From positions 1,116,001 to 1,180,000 of the forward strand of contig NC_047028.1 in assembly GCF_902652985.1 (NCBI RefSeq): a DNA stretch of 64,000 nucleotides, in the 5' to 3' direction. How positions within the stretch are numbered: the stretch's first letter is position 1; every line of letters starts with the position of its first letter. The position numbers and the translations under genes were made by a program. Positions 13,811 through 27,066 of the stretch are shown piece by piece. A model generated the notes under the pieces. The model ran no database searches. It saw only the letters and a list, made by a program, of their open reading frames with translations, and was not told the DNA's origin. This stretch comes from Pecten maximus. Taxonomy: Eukaryota.

Positions 13811-16160
13811 TATGTAGGTAGTGAACACATATTTCACAAAGATTGCGGATTATGTTCACTTTGTGTACAAGTAGCGAAGACAGATTAGATTTACTGTATG
13901 TATGTACTGAAAACAGATTTCACAAAGATTGTGGATTAGATTTACTGTATGTAGGTAGTGAAAACAGATTTCACAAAGATTGTGGATTAGATTTACTGTA
14001 TGTAGGTGGTGAAAATAGATTTCAAAAACTATACGGATTATATTTACTGTATGTAGGTAGTGAAAACAGATTTCAAAAACTATACGGATTAGATTTACTA
14101 TATGTAGGTAGTGAAAACAGATTTCACAAAGATTGTGGATTAGATGTACTGTATGTAGGTAGTGAAAACAAATTTCACAAAGATTGCGGATTAGATTTAC
14201 TGTATGTAGGTAGTGAAAACAGATTTCAAAAACTATACGGATTAGATTTACTGTATGTAGGTAGTGAAAACAGATTTCAAAAATTATACGGATTAGATTT
14301 GCTGTATGTAGGTAGTGAAAACAGATTTCACAAAGATTGTGGATTATATTTACTGTATGTAGGTGGTGAAAACAGATTTCACAAAGATTGTGGATTAGAT
14401 TTACTGTATGTAGGTAGTGAAAACAGATTTCACAAAGATTGTGGATTAGATTTACTGTATGTAGGTAGTGAAAACAGATTTCACAAAGATTGTGGATTAG
14501 ATTTACTGTATGTAGGTAGTAAAAACAGATTTCACAAAGATTGCGGATTATATTTACTGTATGTAGGTAGTGAAAACAGATTTCAGAAAGATTGTGGATT
14601 AGATTTACTGTATGTAGGTGGTGAAAATAGATTTCAAAAACTATACCGATTAGATTTACTGTATGTAGGTAGTGAAAACAGATTTCACAAAGATTGTGGA
14701 TTAGATTTACTGTATGTAGGTAGTGAAAACAGATTTCACAAAGATTGTGGATTAGATTTACTGTATGTAGGAAGTGAAAACAGATTTCACAAAGATTGTG
14801 GATTAGATTTACTGTATGTAGGTAGTGAAAACAGGTTTCACAAAGATTGCGGATTAGATTTACTGTATGTATGTAGTGAAAACAGATTTCACAAATATTG
14901 TGGATTAGATTTACTGTATGTAGGTAGTGAAAACAGATTTCACAAAGATTGTGGATTAGATTTACTGTATGTAGGTAGTGAAAACAGATTTCACAAAGAT
15001 TGTGGATTAGATTTACTGTATGTAGGTAGTGAAAACAGATTTCACAAAGATTGTGGATTAGATTTACTGTATGTAGGTAGTGAAAACAGATTTCACAGAG
15101 ATTGTGGATTAGATTTACTGTATGTAGGTAGTGAAAACAGATTTCAAAAACTATACGGATTAGATTTACTGTATGTAGGTAGTGAAAACAGATTTCAAAA
15201 ACTATACGGATTAGATTTGCTGTATGTAGGTAGTGAAAACAGATTTCACAAAGATTGTGGATTAGATTTACTGTATGTAGGAAGTGAAAACAGATTTCAC
15301 AAAGATTGTGGATTAGATTTACTATATGTAGGTAGTGAAAACAGATTTCACAAAGATTGTGGATTAGATTTACTATATGTAGGTAGTGAAAACAGATTTC
15401 ACAAAGATTGTGGATTAGATTTACTGTATGTAGGTAGTGAAAACAAATTTCACAAAGATTGCGGATTAGATTTACTGTATGTAGGTAGTGAAAACAGATT
15501 TCACAAAGATTGCGGATTAGATTTACTGTATGTAGGTAGTGAAAACAGATTTCACAAATATTGTGGATTAGATTTACTGTATGTAGGTAGTGAAAACAGA
15601 TTTCACAAAGATTGTGGATTAGATTTACTGTATGTAGGTAGTGAAAACAGATTTCACAAAGATTGTGGATTAGATTTACTATATGTATGTAGTGAAAACA
15701 GATTTCACAAAGATTGTGGATTAGATTTACTGTATGTAGGTAGTGAAAACAGATTTCACAAAGATTGTGGATTAGATTTACTGTATGTATGTAGTGAAAA
15801 CAGATTTCACAAAGATTGTGGATTAGATTTACTATATGTATGTAGTGAAAACAGATTTCACAAAGATTGTGGATTAGATTTACTGTATGTAGGTAGTGAA
15901 AACAGATTTCACAAAGATTGTGGATTAGATTTACTATATGTAGGTAGTGAAAACAGATTTCAAAAACTATACGGATTAGATTTACTGTATGTAGGTAGAG
16001 AAAACAGATTTCAAAAACTATACGGATTAGATTTACTGTATGTAGGTAGTGAAAACAGATTTCAAAAACTATACGGATTAGATGTACTTGATGTAGGTAG
16101 TGAAAACAGATTTCACAAAGATTGTGGATTAGATTTACTGTATGTAGGTGGTGAAAATAG
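13811..16160. repeat. Tandem array, 51-bp unit, ~46 copies, two subtypes (cacaaagattgt vs caaaaactatac)
   Basis: 17-aa periodicity of the spurious ORFs on both strands. Unit read directly. Confidence 0.97.
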
Positions 16161-17591
16161 AGGTTCCCCAACGAGTGGAGATTGTATTATATCACTTTCA
16201 TCCAACTCGAATTAGTTAGCTAAAGCTCGTGTCTTTTCAAAATTAGAAAATTAACTTACGAGAGTTGGATAAAAACGATATACAATCGTCATGAGTAGGG
16301 GAACTTGTTTATCCCATAACTTCTTTACTTACAAATGTAAGCTTGTCAAGTTCAAATTCTCCCAACGTAGCAACTAAATTCCGTGAACCAAATCACTACG
16401 CGACAAAATATAGGTCGTTATGAACGAAAGCTTATCATCTATTTTAGATGCCCGACTCATATCTTCGGTACTTTATTTGTAAATGATATACTTTTACAAA
16501 GCGAAATATTAGTCTGACAACCCTTGTGTCTGTGTGATTTATTGATAGGTAACTTGTTTAAACGACTCCGCTCAAATAAATATCAAAGACGACACCGTCA
16601 TCGCGAAGTCGAACGTCATCCCTGAATATTAGACTAATCATTGTCAGATTCAATTATCGCTCCTTTCCTGGATTTCGTAGGTATGCTATTACTGGTTATT
16701 GTGATGTTAAATGTTCATTCTGAGATTTATTCATTCAAGACACCGTGCATTTCAACAAATATTTCGGAAACCGAGCTGGAGTGCTAAGCAATATGTAGCC
16801 GATTTCACGTCTGTCAGTATGCTTACACGAAATCTCGTCAGGATACTGACATGAGACAAATGTTCCAAACCGATTTTTACATTTTTGTGTTTGGGATATA
16901 GACATCTATATTTTCGCAATAAAGGTAAGTGGAATGATAAGAAAGTGTTTTTCTGATGGTACAATATCCGTTGCGAATGACACCGAACTAAAAGGGGAGC
17001 TCTAGGCTTAGACCTACGTTAGATGCCGCGACCGTTTCATTCAACTGACTACGATTAGAGACAGCGATTTAACCATTTTGTACTACATCTGTTCATTGTT
17101 TTGATAATTTATTCATGGCTATCGGGGTCCACTGCATATCGAGAATCAAGGGAGAGGTGGGGTGTTAGTTTGGTTCGCTAGGCATGTAATCAACGCAATA
17201 TCTCGCTTCCGTGCGTCGTCTATTTTACCAAATTTTTTATCAAATTATATTTCGTACGTCTCAAACCCCAGATTGATCGAAATTTCCATGAGGAAAATCC
17301 TCTCAACTAGTTATGCTAATGTTGACCACTGACAAATCCACAAAACGTGTCCATGTTGATCTGTTGAAGACAGACGACAAAAACAAAAGAATTAAGTGGG
17401 GGTAGTGAAACTAGTCCGTAGTCAAAGGCCGGAGATTTGCCAATAAGATTTGTTGAGGGTCACAAATGACCAATCGGAGGCTTAGAAAGTGGTTTAACAC
17501 TGCGGTGTGTAAACAAAAACAATAACACACTGCTATCAATTTCCTCACGTGCCATATCAGTTGTGAAACAAGCGTAGTTATGGGATAAACA
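16161..17591 (+). mobile_element. 1.43-kb split-hairpin element inserted into the 51-bp array without a TSD
   Basis: Hairpin 16161-16305 (gttcccc/ggggaac, gattgta/tacaatc, atccaactc/gagttggat). Perfect 16-bp inverted pair tgtttatcccataact (16306-16321) / agttatgggataaaca (17576-17591). The array resumes in register at 17592. Confidence 0.8.
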
Positions 17592-17845
17592 TATTTCACA
17601 AACAGTGTGGATTCGATTTACCATATGTAGGTAGTGAAAACAGATTTCACAAACATTGTGGATTAGATTTACTGTAGATAGTAGTGAAAACAGAATTCAC
17701 AAAGGTTTGTGAATTGATGACTATGTTGGTGGATTAGATGTTGTGTATATAGGTAGTTAAAACTGCGGTCACAAAGGTCTGTGGATTGATGACTATGTTG
17801 GTGGATTAGATGTTGTGTATATATATTTGTAGGTTGTTAAACAGG
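17592..17845. repeat. Degenerate continuation of the 51-bp array
   Basis: tatttcacaaa...gtaggtagtgaaaacagatttcacaaa units with increasing divergence. Confidence 0.85.
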
Positions 17846-18131
17846 TGGAAGGTGGTGGATTAACATTTGTAACACCTCATTAGTAACATTATTTTAGTGA
17901 TTATTATGATTTTGTTATTTATTTACATCTATTGATGTATGATAATCCTATAGTTTTAATGAATACGATCCGTAAGTATCCTAGGTATTGAAAAGTGTTC
18001 ATTCATCTTTCCGTAGTTTAATTGTGCCTGCTGACAAAACTAAATGATGTACTTATTTGTTTAAATTGATTCTATTGCATGTTAGACAACCTACTATCAA
18101 ATAACCAATAACAAACTGTGACGTCACACTG

Positions 18132-18164
18132 ATGGGTTGTTCGGCATCACAGGTTCGGAGAAAT
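18132..18164 (+). CDS. Coding exon 1 of the 5-exon gene (MGCSASQVRRN)
   Basis: ATG at 18132, strong donor gtaagt at 18165, phase 0. Confidence 0.75.
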
Positions 18165-21100
18165 GTAAGTTATGTTTTAACAATTTATGACATTACAACT
18201 TAGTTATAGACATTTCTTTTGAATTCTGTGCTCACGGTTTAATTTAGCTCGAATCAAAACTGAGTATCCCTAATATTAATGTTAAGTACATTTTTGTAGC
18301 TGGTTCTGTGTCCCACTGTGACACGTGTGTCTCGTGCCAAACATTATTATTTCATTAACGGATATTCTATCGGTAAAACATATTACGGGTAAAAACAGCA
18401 CATTTTAAAATACAATAATGTATAAGATTCAAGTGGAAGGAAATACATTAATCAAAATTCTTTTAACTCAATATCATTGTACATCATTACGTTTACAATT
18501 ACGTTTCCAGGGGACACAAGAACAGTCTGGAGTGGTACCAGTGGGTTTATATGTTGGCAGAAAGAACGGAACAAAGCAGTTCGACCCTAACAATGAAAAC
18601 AGATTTATAATCCAATATTATAATGGCAAGCACAAAATGTACCTTAAACTTGAACCGGGTAATTTGGTCGGCTCATATCTTACTGACTTGGATTCCTCAT
18701 TATGCCGTACGTATATTATCGCCAACATCACGTCACTCTTAACATCTACTTCCATATTATAATGTCAGATATTCCGTGTCTCGCCACAGCCTCATTTTTT
18801 TATCTATACTTGTTAGGTGGATCAATATCCTAAATGTTAAGCAATCATATATTGTTTACTGTCAGATATTTTTTCATAAACTTTTTTTCTAATATTCTAA
18901 GATAGACTTTTAAGCTTGGCGGCGTCGCATAGTAATGTTAGATAAGCTTTGGCTTATTAAAACGTCGTATGTTTTATAGATTGTCCTAACGCCACACAGA
19001 GCTCATTTCTTTATGACAGTGTTATTTTGTTATTTCAATCAACATTTGATGATTTAAATACGAATATGTGTCACCATTCCTAAGGATTTGGACGTGACAT
19101 CATAGTAACATATCTTTATTGTGGTGTTTCTGAATCATAACTATACATAGCTGATAGAATGTACTGGAAGAGTGACTTCAACACTTATATCCTTAATTAG
19201 GGCTTTTCACCAATGGTGAAAAGACCTATTGTTTTCGTTATGTTTCTTATTCTTATTATTCTTCTGCCGTTTTTGTGGCGTATTAATCTTTTGATTGGTA
19301 AAGATTAGGCTAATTGTCTTTCATGTATATTGTTGGCCAAGGTATGAACATGTGTCAAAAACTTTTAAAAGTAGGTCAAGAATCCAATATGGACGCCATG
19401 ACGTCATTCCTAAAAAAATTAAAATTACGCTATTTTGAATATTTTTGTTCTATTGGGTATGCCCACAACTCACATTTTCCGTTTCTTCTAAAATTTCACC
19501 AGTGCGATTCAGCACAAACTTTGACAAAATGACTTTGAGATATGGTACTGACCAAGTCTTGTTATCTTGGGGTCGGTCCAAAATCCAATATGGCCGTCAT
19601 GACGTCATGTATTGAAAAGATTAAAATGGCCATAACTCACAAAGGATTCATTTTACAGAGATCACGTAATTATGTTATTTGCTATGCTAAGTTTGCTATG
19701 AGGTCAAAGGTCACCAAATTTCCAACTTTTTTATTTTACAGATATTTTTAAATAGATCAATGCAGTATGTCATTCTGATTATTTTGGAATCTTCAGTTTT
19801 TCTTTAGCACTTCCGGTTTAGGTGGTACGCCATTTTGAAAATTGTCATGATTGCTCAATCATTATTAACATTCTACAAATAATAAGGACATCTTCTAAAA
19901 AAACCAAGAGGCCTAGGGACTTGATATTTGGCCAGTAACATGCTTTGGTGAAGGGCTACCAAGTTTGTTCTAAAGAAAGACCTTAATCTAAATTCAAGGT
20001 CACAGGTGTCAAATTGGTTACACTCTTGAAACGACTTCTGAATAACCAGGGAGGCACAGGGAGTTGATATTCGGTCTGTAGCATGCTTGAATAACGGTCT
20101 AACAAGTTAGTTAAAATGATTGACCTTTGCCTACATTCAAGGTCATAAAGGTAAATGATCCCTTAAAAATGGTCAAAGGTGTGAAAAGCCCATCAAATTG
20201 TCCATGACAATTTCTAGTTTATATTTAGTTACAAAGTTTAAAATGTTAAAACTTGCTAACTAAACGTAGCGGAAATGTAATTGTTGTAATATTAATTTTT
20301 CATTAATTGATTTCAGCGTATTGCGCCGTGTTTAGAAAGCATATCGTTTTGGAACAGTCACGGCCCGTAATCTGCCACACCATCACATATACAGGCGCTG
20401 ATAGGCGGTCCCGGTTTACGGTGTCCATTACTCCGGACTTCACATTGGAATTGCTGGTATTTAATTAATATTATCAGATATTATAATTACATCCTAGCTT
20501 TTCAAAGACGGGTGTGCAGTTATCAATTTGTCGGTGCATGATCTAGTGGCAGACTGAACGAAAATGAAAATGAAATCCGTATGAAAATAAAAATATAAAT
20601 ATGCATAAAAAAGGGAAGTCAAGGGGAGAACAGAACGCAATCCACTTGTTAAATCCGTCGGTCTACATCTAACGGATAGAATTAGATTTGGATGGTCAAG
20701 TTTTAAGGTTGACGGCTGAAGAGAAAGAAAACAGTTGTGTACAACATATATCATGAACATCTATCTATAAAATTGGAATTCATTATCAGATATGTATTAT
20801 TAAACATCTATCTATAACATTGGAATTCATTATCAGATATTTATCATTAAACATCTATCTATAACATTGGAATTCATTATCAGATATGTATTATTAAATA
20901 TCTATCTATAACATTGGAATTCATTATCAGATATGTATTATTAAACATCTATCATTGGGATATATTAATAGACATTTAATATTGGAATCTATTATTAAAC
21001 ATCTATCATTGGAATTTTTTAATAGACATTTACTATTGGAATCTATTATTAAACATCTATCATTGGAATATATTAATAGACATTTAATATTGGAATCTAT

Positions 21101-24100
21101 TATTAAACATCTATTATTGGAATTTATTAATAGACATTTAATATTGGAATCTATTATTAAACATCTATCATTGGAATTTATTAATAGACATTTACTATTG
21201 GAATCTATTATTAAACATCTATCATTGGAATATATTAATAGACATTTAATATTGGAATCTATTATTAAACATCTATTATTGGAATTTATTAATAGACATT
21301 TAATATTGGAATCTATTATTAAACATCTATCATTGGAATTTATTAATAGACATTTACTATTGGAATCTATTAGTAAACATCTATCATTGGAATATATTAA
21401 TAGACATTTAATATTGGAATCTATTATTGGAATTTATTAATAGACATTTAATATTGGAATCTATTATCAAACATCTATTATTGGAATATTAATTAATAGA
21501 CATTTAATATTGGAATCTATTATTAAACATCTATCATTGGAATATATTAATAGACATTTAATATTGGAATCTATTATTAAACATCTATCATGGGAATATA
21601 TTAATAGACATTTAATATTGGAATATATTATTAAACATCTATTATTGGAATATATTAATAGACATTTAATATTGGAATATATTATTAAACATCTATTATT
21701 GGAATTTATTAATAGACATTTAATATTGGAATCTATAATTAAACATTTATCATTGGAATATATTAATATACATTTAATATTGGAATATATTATTGGAATT
21801 TATTAATAGACATTTAATATTGGAATCTATTATTAAACATTTATCATTGGAATATATTAATATACATTTAATATTGGAATCTATTATTGGAATTTATTAA
21901 TAGACATTTAATATTGGAATCTATTATTAAACATTTATCATTGGAATATATTAATAGACATTTAATATTGGAATCTATTATTAAACATCTATCATTGGAA
22001 TTTATTAATAGACATTTACTATTGGAATCTATTATTAAACATCTATCATTGGAATATATTAATAGACATTTAATATTGGAATCTATTATTTAACATCTAT
22101 TATTAGAATTTATTAATAAACATTTAATATTAGAAACTATTATTAAACATCTATCATTGGAATTTATTAATAGACATTTACTATTGGAATCTATTATTAA
22201 ACATCTATCATTGGAATATATTAATAGACATTTAATATTGGATTCTATTATTAAACATCTATTATTGGAATATATTAATAGACATTTATTATTGGAATCT
22301 ATTATTAAACATCTTTTATTGGAATTTATTAATAGACATTTGATATTGGAATATATTATTAAACATCTATCATTAAACATTTATTATACGATATCTTTTA
22401 TTAGACCTCAACTATCAGACATCTAGTATTAAAATGTTTCATCAATTAAAGAGTTGGGGTCGTGGTATATCTATGTAAGCCCCGGCTCATTTTACTTATA
22501 TATATATTAGGAATGAAGACGGCCGTCAGAGTAGTAATAAAACGGGTTATTAGAAACATTTCTTATCAACACAAGAAGAGTAATATAAAATATGATAATG
22601 TTATCAATGACTTTATCATATGCTCAACAGGAGGATATTCGCCCGGCAGCATTCCTCCATTGTTTATTTAAACTTCACCAAAATTCGGCTGGTCTGATGA
22701 AATTGGAGAGCATGATGTATAATGGTAAGGAAACATAGTAAATGAATACATTTTACGTACATTGTAGCTTTTATTACTATACTTGCATAACCAGCCATTG
22801 TTTGATCTACATGTAAAACTGGTGTTTTATTTTAACAACACGATTTTAAGTGTGAGTGCAGCTGAAAAAGTACAACTTTGTCGGAGATATCAATCTGATT
22901 TGTCGTAATAATACTGATGGTCATGATGTATGTGATGTACATGGTGTGTGATGTACATGGTGTGTGTGATGTACATCGGGTGTGTGATGTACATGGTGTA
23001 TGTGTGATGTACACGGTGTGTGTGATGTACATGGTGTGTGATGTACATGGTGTATGTGATGTACATGGTGTGTGTGATGTACATGGTGTGTGTGATGTAC
23101 ATGGTGTGTGTGATGTACATAGTGTGTGTGATGTACATGGTGTGTGTGATGTACATGGTGTGTGTGATGTACATGGTGTATGTGATGTACATGGTGTGTG
23201 TGATGTTCTGGGGTAAGAGATGTACATGGTGTGTGTGATGTACATGGTGAATGTGATGTGTATCGTGTGTGTGATGTACATGGTGTGTGTGATGTACATG
23301 GTGTGTGTGATGTACATGGTGTGTGTGACGTACATGGTGTATGTGATGTACATGGTGTATGTGATGTGTATGGTGTATGTGATGTACATGGTGTGTGTGT
23401 GATGTACATGGTGTGTGTGATGTACATGGTGTGTGTGTGATGTACATGGTGTATGTGATGTACATGGTGTGTGTGATGTACATGATGTATGTGTGATGTA
23501 CATGGTGTATGTGATGTACATAGTGTGTGTGATGTACATGATGTATGTGATGTACTGGGGTAAGAGATGTACATGACGTGTGTGATGTACATGGTGTGTG
23601 TGATGTACATGGTGTGTGTGATGTACATGGTGTGTGATGTACATGGTGTGTGTGATGTACATTGTGTAGTTGTAAATGGTGTGTGTGATGTACTTGGTGT
23701 ATGTGATGTACATGGTGTGTGTGATGTACATGGTGTGTGTGATGTACATGGTGTATGTGATATACATGGTGTATGTGATGTACATGGTGTGTGTGATGTA
23801 CATGGTGTGTGTGATGTACATGGTGTGTGTGATGTACATGGTGTGTGTGACGTACATGGTGTATGTGATGTACATGGTGTATGTGATGTGTATGGTTTAT
23901 GTGATGTACATGGTGTGTGTGTGATGTACATGGTGTGTGTGATGTACATGGTGTGTGTGTGATGTACATGGTGTATGTGATGTACATGGTGTGTGTGATG
24001 TACATGATGTATGTGTGATGTACATGGTGTATGTGATGTACATAGTGTGTGTGATGTACATGATGTATGTGATGTACTGGGGTAAGAGATGTACATGACG

Positions 24101-27048
24101 TGTGTGATGTACATGGTGTGTGTGATGTACATGGTGTGTGTGATGTACATGGTGTGTGTGATGTACATTGTGTAGTTGTAAATGGTGTGTGTGATGTACT
24201 TGGTGTATGTGATGTACATGGTGTGTGTGATGTACATGGTGTGTGTGATGTACATGGTGTATGTGATATACATGGTGTATGTGATGTACATGGTGTGTGT
24301 GATGTACATGGTGTGTGTGATGTACATGGTGTATGTTACATGTATGTACATGGTGTATGTTATATACATGGTGTATGTGATGTACATGGTGTGTATGATG
24401 TACATGGTGTGTGCGATGTACATGGTATATGCTATGTACATGGTGTGTGATGTACATGGTGTATGTGATGTGTATGGTGTGTGTGATGTACATGGTGTAT
24501 GCGATGTACATGGTGTGTGTGATGTACATGGTGTGTGTGATGTACTGGGGTAAGAGATGTACATGGTGTGTGTGATGTACATGGTGTATGTGATGTACAT
24601 AGTGTGTGTGATGTACATGGTGTATGTGATGTACTGGGGTAAGAGATGTACATGACGTGTGTGATGTACATGGTGTGTGTGATGTACATGGTGTGTGTGA
24701 TGTACATGGTGTGTGTGATGTACATTGTGTAGTTGTAAATGGTGTGTGTGATGTACTTGGTGTATGTGATGTACATGGTGTGTGTGATGTACATGGTGTG
24801 TGTGATGTACATGGTGTATGTGATATACATGGTGTATGTGATGTACATGGTGTGTGTGATGTACATGGTGTGTGTGATGTACATGGTGTATGTTACATGT
24901 ATGTACATGGTGTATGTTATATACATGGTGTATGTGATGTACATGGTGTGTATGATGTACATGGTGTGTGCGATGTACATGGTATATGCTATGTACATGG
25001 TGTGTGATGTACATGGTGTATGTGATGTGTATGGTGTGTGTGATGTACATGGTGTATGCGATGTACATGGTGTGTGTGATGTACATGGTGTGTGTGATGT
25101 ACTGGGGTAAGAGATGTACATGGTGTGTGTGATGTACATGGTGTATGTGATGTACATAGTGTGTGTGATGTACATGGTGTATGTGATGTACATGGTGTGT
25201 GACGTACATGGTGTGTGTGATGTACATGGTGTGTGAGATGTACATGGTGTATGATGTACATAGTGTATGTGATGTACATGGTTTGTGATTGACATGGTGT
25301 GTGTGATGTACATGGTGTATGTGGTGTACATGGTGTATGTCATGTACATGATGTATGTCATGTACATGGTGTATGTGTGATGTACATGGTATGTGTGATG
25401 TACATGGTGTGTGTGATGTTCATGTTGTGTGTGATGTTCATGATGTGTGATGTACATGGTGTGTGTGATGTACATGGTGTATGTGATGTACTGGGGTATG
25501 TTATGTACATGTTGTGTGTGATGTACATGGTATATGTGGTGTACATGATCTGTGTGATGTACATGGTGTATGTGATGTACATGGTGTGTGATGTACATGG
25601 TATATGCTATGTACATGGTGTGTGATGTACATGGTGTTTGTGATGTACGTGGTGTATGTGATGTACATAGTGTGTGTGATGTACATGGTGTGTGTGATGT
25701 ACATGGTGTGTGTGATGCACATGGTGTGTGTGATGTACATGGTGTATATGATGTACATGGTGTGTGACGTACATGGTGTGTGTGATGTACATGGTGTATG
25801 TGATATACATGGTGTATGTGATGTACATGGTGTGTGTGATGTACATGGTATATGCTATGTACATGGTGTGTGATGTACATGGTGTATGTGATGTGTATGG
25901 TGTTTGTGATGTACATGGTGTATGCGATGTACATGGTGTGTTTGATGTACATGGTGTGTGTACTGGGGTTAAGAGATGTACATGGTGTGTGTGATGTACA
26001 TGGTGCGTGATGTACATGGTGTATGTGATGTACATGGTGTGTGACGTACATGGTGTGTGTGATGTACATGGTGTGTGAGATGTACATGGTGTATGATGTA
26101 CATAGTGTGTGTGATGTACATGGTGTATGTGATGTACATGGTGTGTGATGTACATGGTATATGCTATGTACATGGTGTGTGATGTACATGGTGTTTGTGA
26201 TGTACATGGTGTGTGATGTACATGGTGTGTGATGTACATGGTATGTGATGTACATGGTATATGCTATGTATATGGGGTGTGTGATGTACATGGTGTATAT
26301 GATTGTGTTTAAGTGATTGTTTATTGGTGATTATGTATTGGTGATTGTGAATTAGTGATTGTGTACCGGTGATTGTGTACCGGTGATGGTGTACCGGTGA
26401 TTGTGTACCGGTGATTGTGTATTGGTGATTATGCTTTGGTGATTGTGAATTAGTGATTGTGTACCGGTGATTGTGTACCGGTGATGGTGTACCGGTGATT
26501 GTGTAATTGGTGATTGTGTATTGGTGATTATGCTTTGGTGATTGTGAATTAGTGATGGTGTACCGGTGATTGTGTAATTGGTGATTGTGTATTGGTGATT
26601 ATGCTTTGGTGATTGTGAATTAGTGATTGTGTACCGGTGATTGTGTATTGGTTATACTTTGTCTCAGTCATAGGACGGGACCGGAAGCCGCCATCATAGG
26701 TGCAGATGTCGTCGATCGAAACAGAGTACATCCTATTTTTACTTAATTAATTGTTTTTCGTTTTCAGGGGTATACCTCTTTGTTGATAATGACACAAACA
26801 AAGCCGTGTTTCGCGTCCATAGACAACTTTCTGACTTACCGAGCCAACTGTTCAGGTTATTTCCCTGCCCAGATCGTACTGTCAGCACAACAACGATCGC
26901 GGTAAACAGATTTTATCGGCAATCAAATCGTCGCTTATGTGGCAACAATAGTGATCGTGAATTGGATATTGAATCTGTAACAAATGTTGAATGGGAGGAA
27001 AGGGCTGTAACAAGTACCGCCAATAGAGACTATGTTACATTTGACTAA
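18132..27048 (+). CDS. 5-exon gene, 231 aa, MGCxxS N-terminus, putative beta-trefoil (IL-1-like) protein; join(18132..18164,18511..18658,20317..20456,22631..22724,26768..27048)
   Basis: All four introns are GT-AG and phases chain 0,1,0,1 into an uninterrupted 696-nt frame: MGCSASQVRRN GTQEQSGVVPVGLYVG...YLKLEP AYCAVFRKH...PDFTLELL EDIRPAAFLHCLFKLHQNSAGLMKLESMMYN GVYLFVDNDTNKAVFRV...DYVTFD*. Gene structure is well supported; fold assignment is inference. Confidence 0.82.
18511..18658 (+). CDS. Coding exon 2 of the 5-exon gene
   Basis: Acceptor tttccag at 18510, donor gtaatt at 18659; only one frame is open. Confidence 0.8.
19193..20220 (+). mobile_element. Helentron-associated interspersed element (HINE / DINE-1-like), intronic
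   Basis: 5' subTIR gggcttttcac with adjacent partial inverted copy gtgaaaagacc, then a (ttc/tta) microsatellite and two ~143-bp internal repeats (19907-20150). The 3' end has subTIR gtgaaaagccc (20181-20191), hairpin aaattgtc-cat-gacaattt and ctagtt. Confidence 0.85.
20317..20456 (+). CDS. Coding exon 3 of the 5-exon gene
   Basis: Acceptor atttcag at 20316, donor gtattt at 20457; phase 1 in, phase 0 out; GC-richer than flanks. Confidence 0.8.
20756..22380. repeat. AT-rich intronic array: four 47-bp units followed by 54-bp units (dimer of two 27-bp subunits)
   Basis: attggaatctattattaaacatctatc alternating with attggaatatattaatagacatttaat. Confidence 0.95.
22631..22724 (+). CDS. Coding exon 4 of the 5-exon gene (EDIRPAAFLHCLFKLHQNSAGLMKLESMMYN)
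   Basis: Acceptor caacag at 22630, donor gtaagg at 22725; phase 0 in, phase 1 out. Confidence 0.8.
22925..26300. repeat. Intronic minisatellite, 16-20-bp unit (gtgtgtgatgtacatggt), with ~500-560-bp higher-order duplications
   Basis: Identical ORFs at 24100 and 24657 (557-bp offset). Marker gtagttgtaaatgg recurs three times. Confidence 0.97.
26300..26652. repeat. Minisatellite, ~14-bp unit (ggtgattgtgtacc and variants)
   Basis: Direct reading. Confidence 0.9.
26768..27048 (+). CDS. Terminal coding exon of the 5-exon gene
   Basis: Acceptor tttcgttttcag at 26767; phase 1; includes track ORF 26806..27048. Confidence 0.8.
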
Positions 27049-27066
27049 CGTGAAGAATTAACGATT

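Noticed and set aside
22620-22720. Apparent weak hairpin (atgctc...gagcat)
   Set aside because: Better explained as coding exon 4 of the + strand gene; pairing is short.
22832-26291. Long His/Thr/Tyr/Met- or Cys/Val-rich ORFs
   Set aside because: Translations of an 18-bp intronic minisatellite, open in many frames on both strands.
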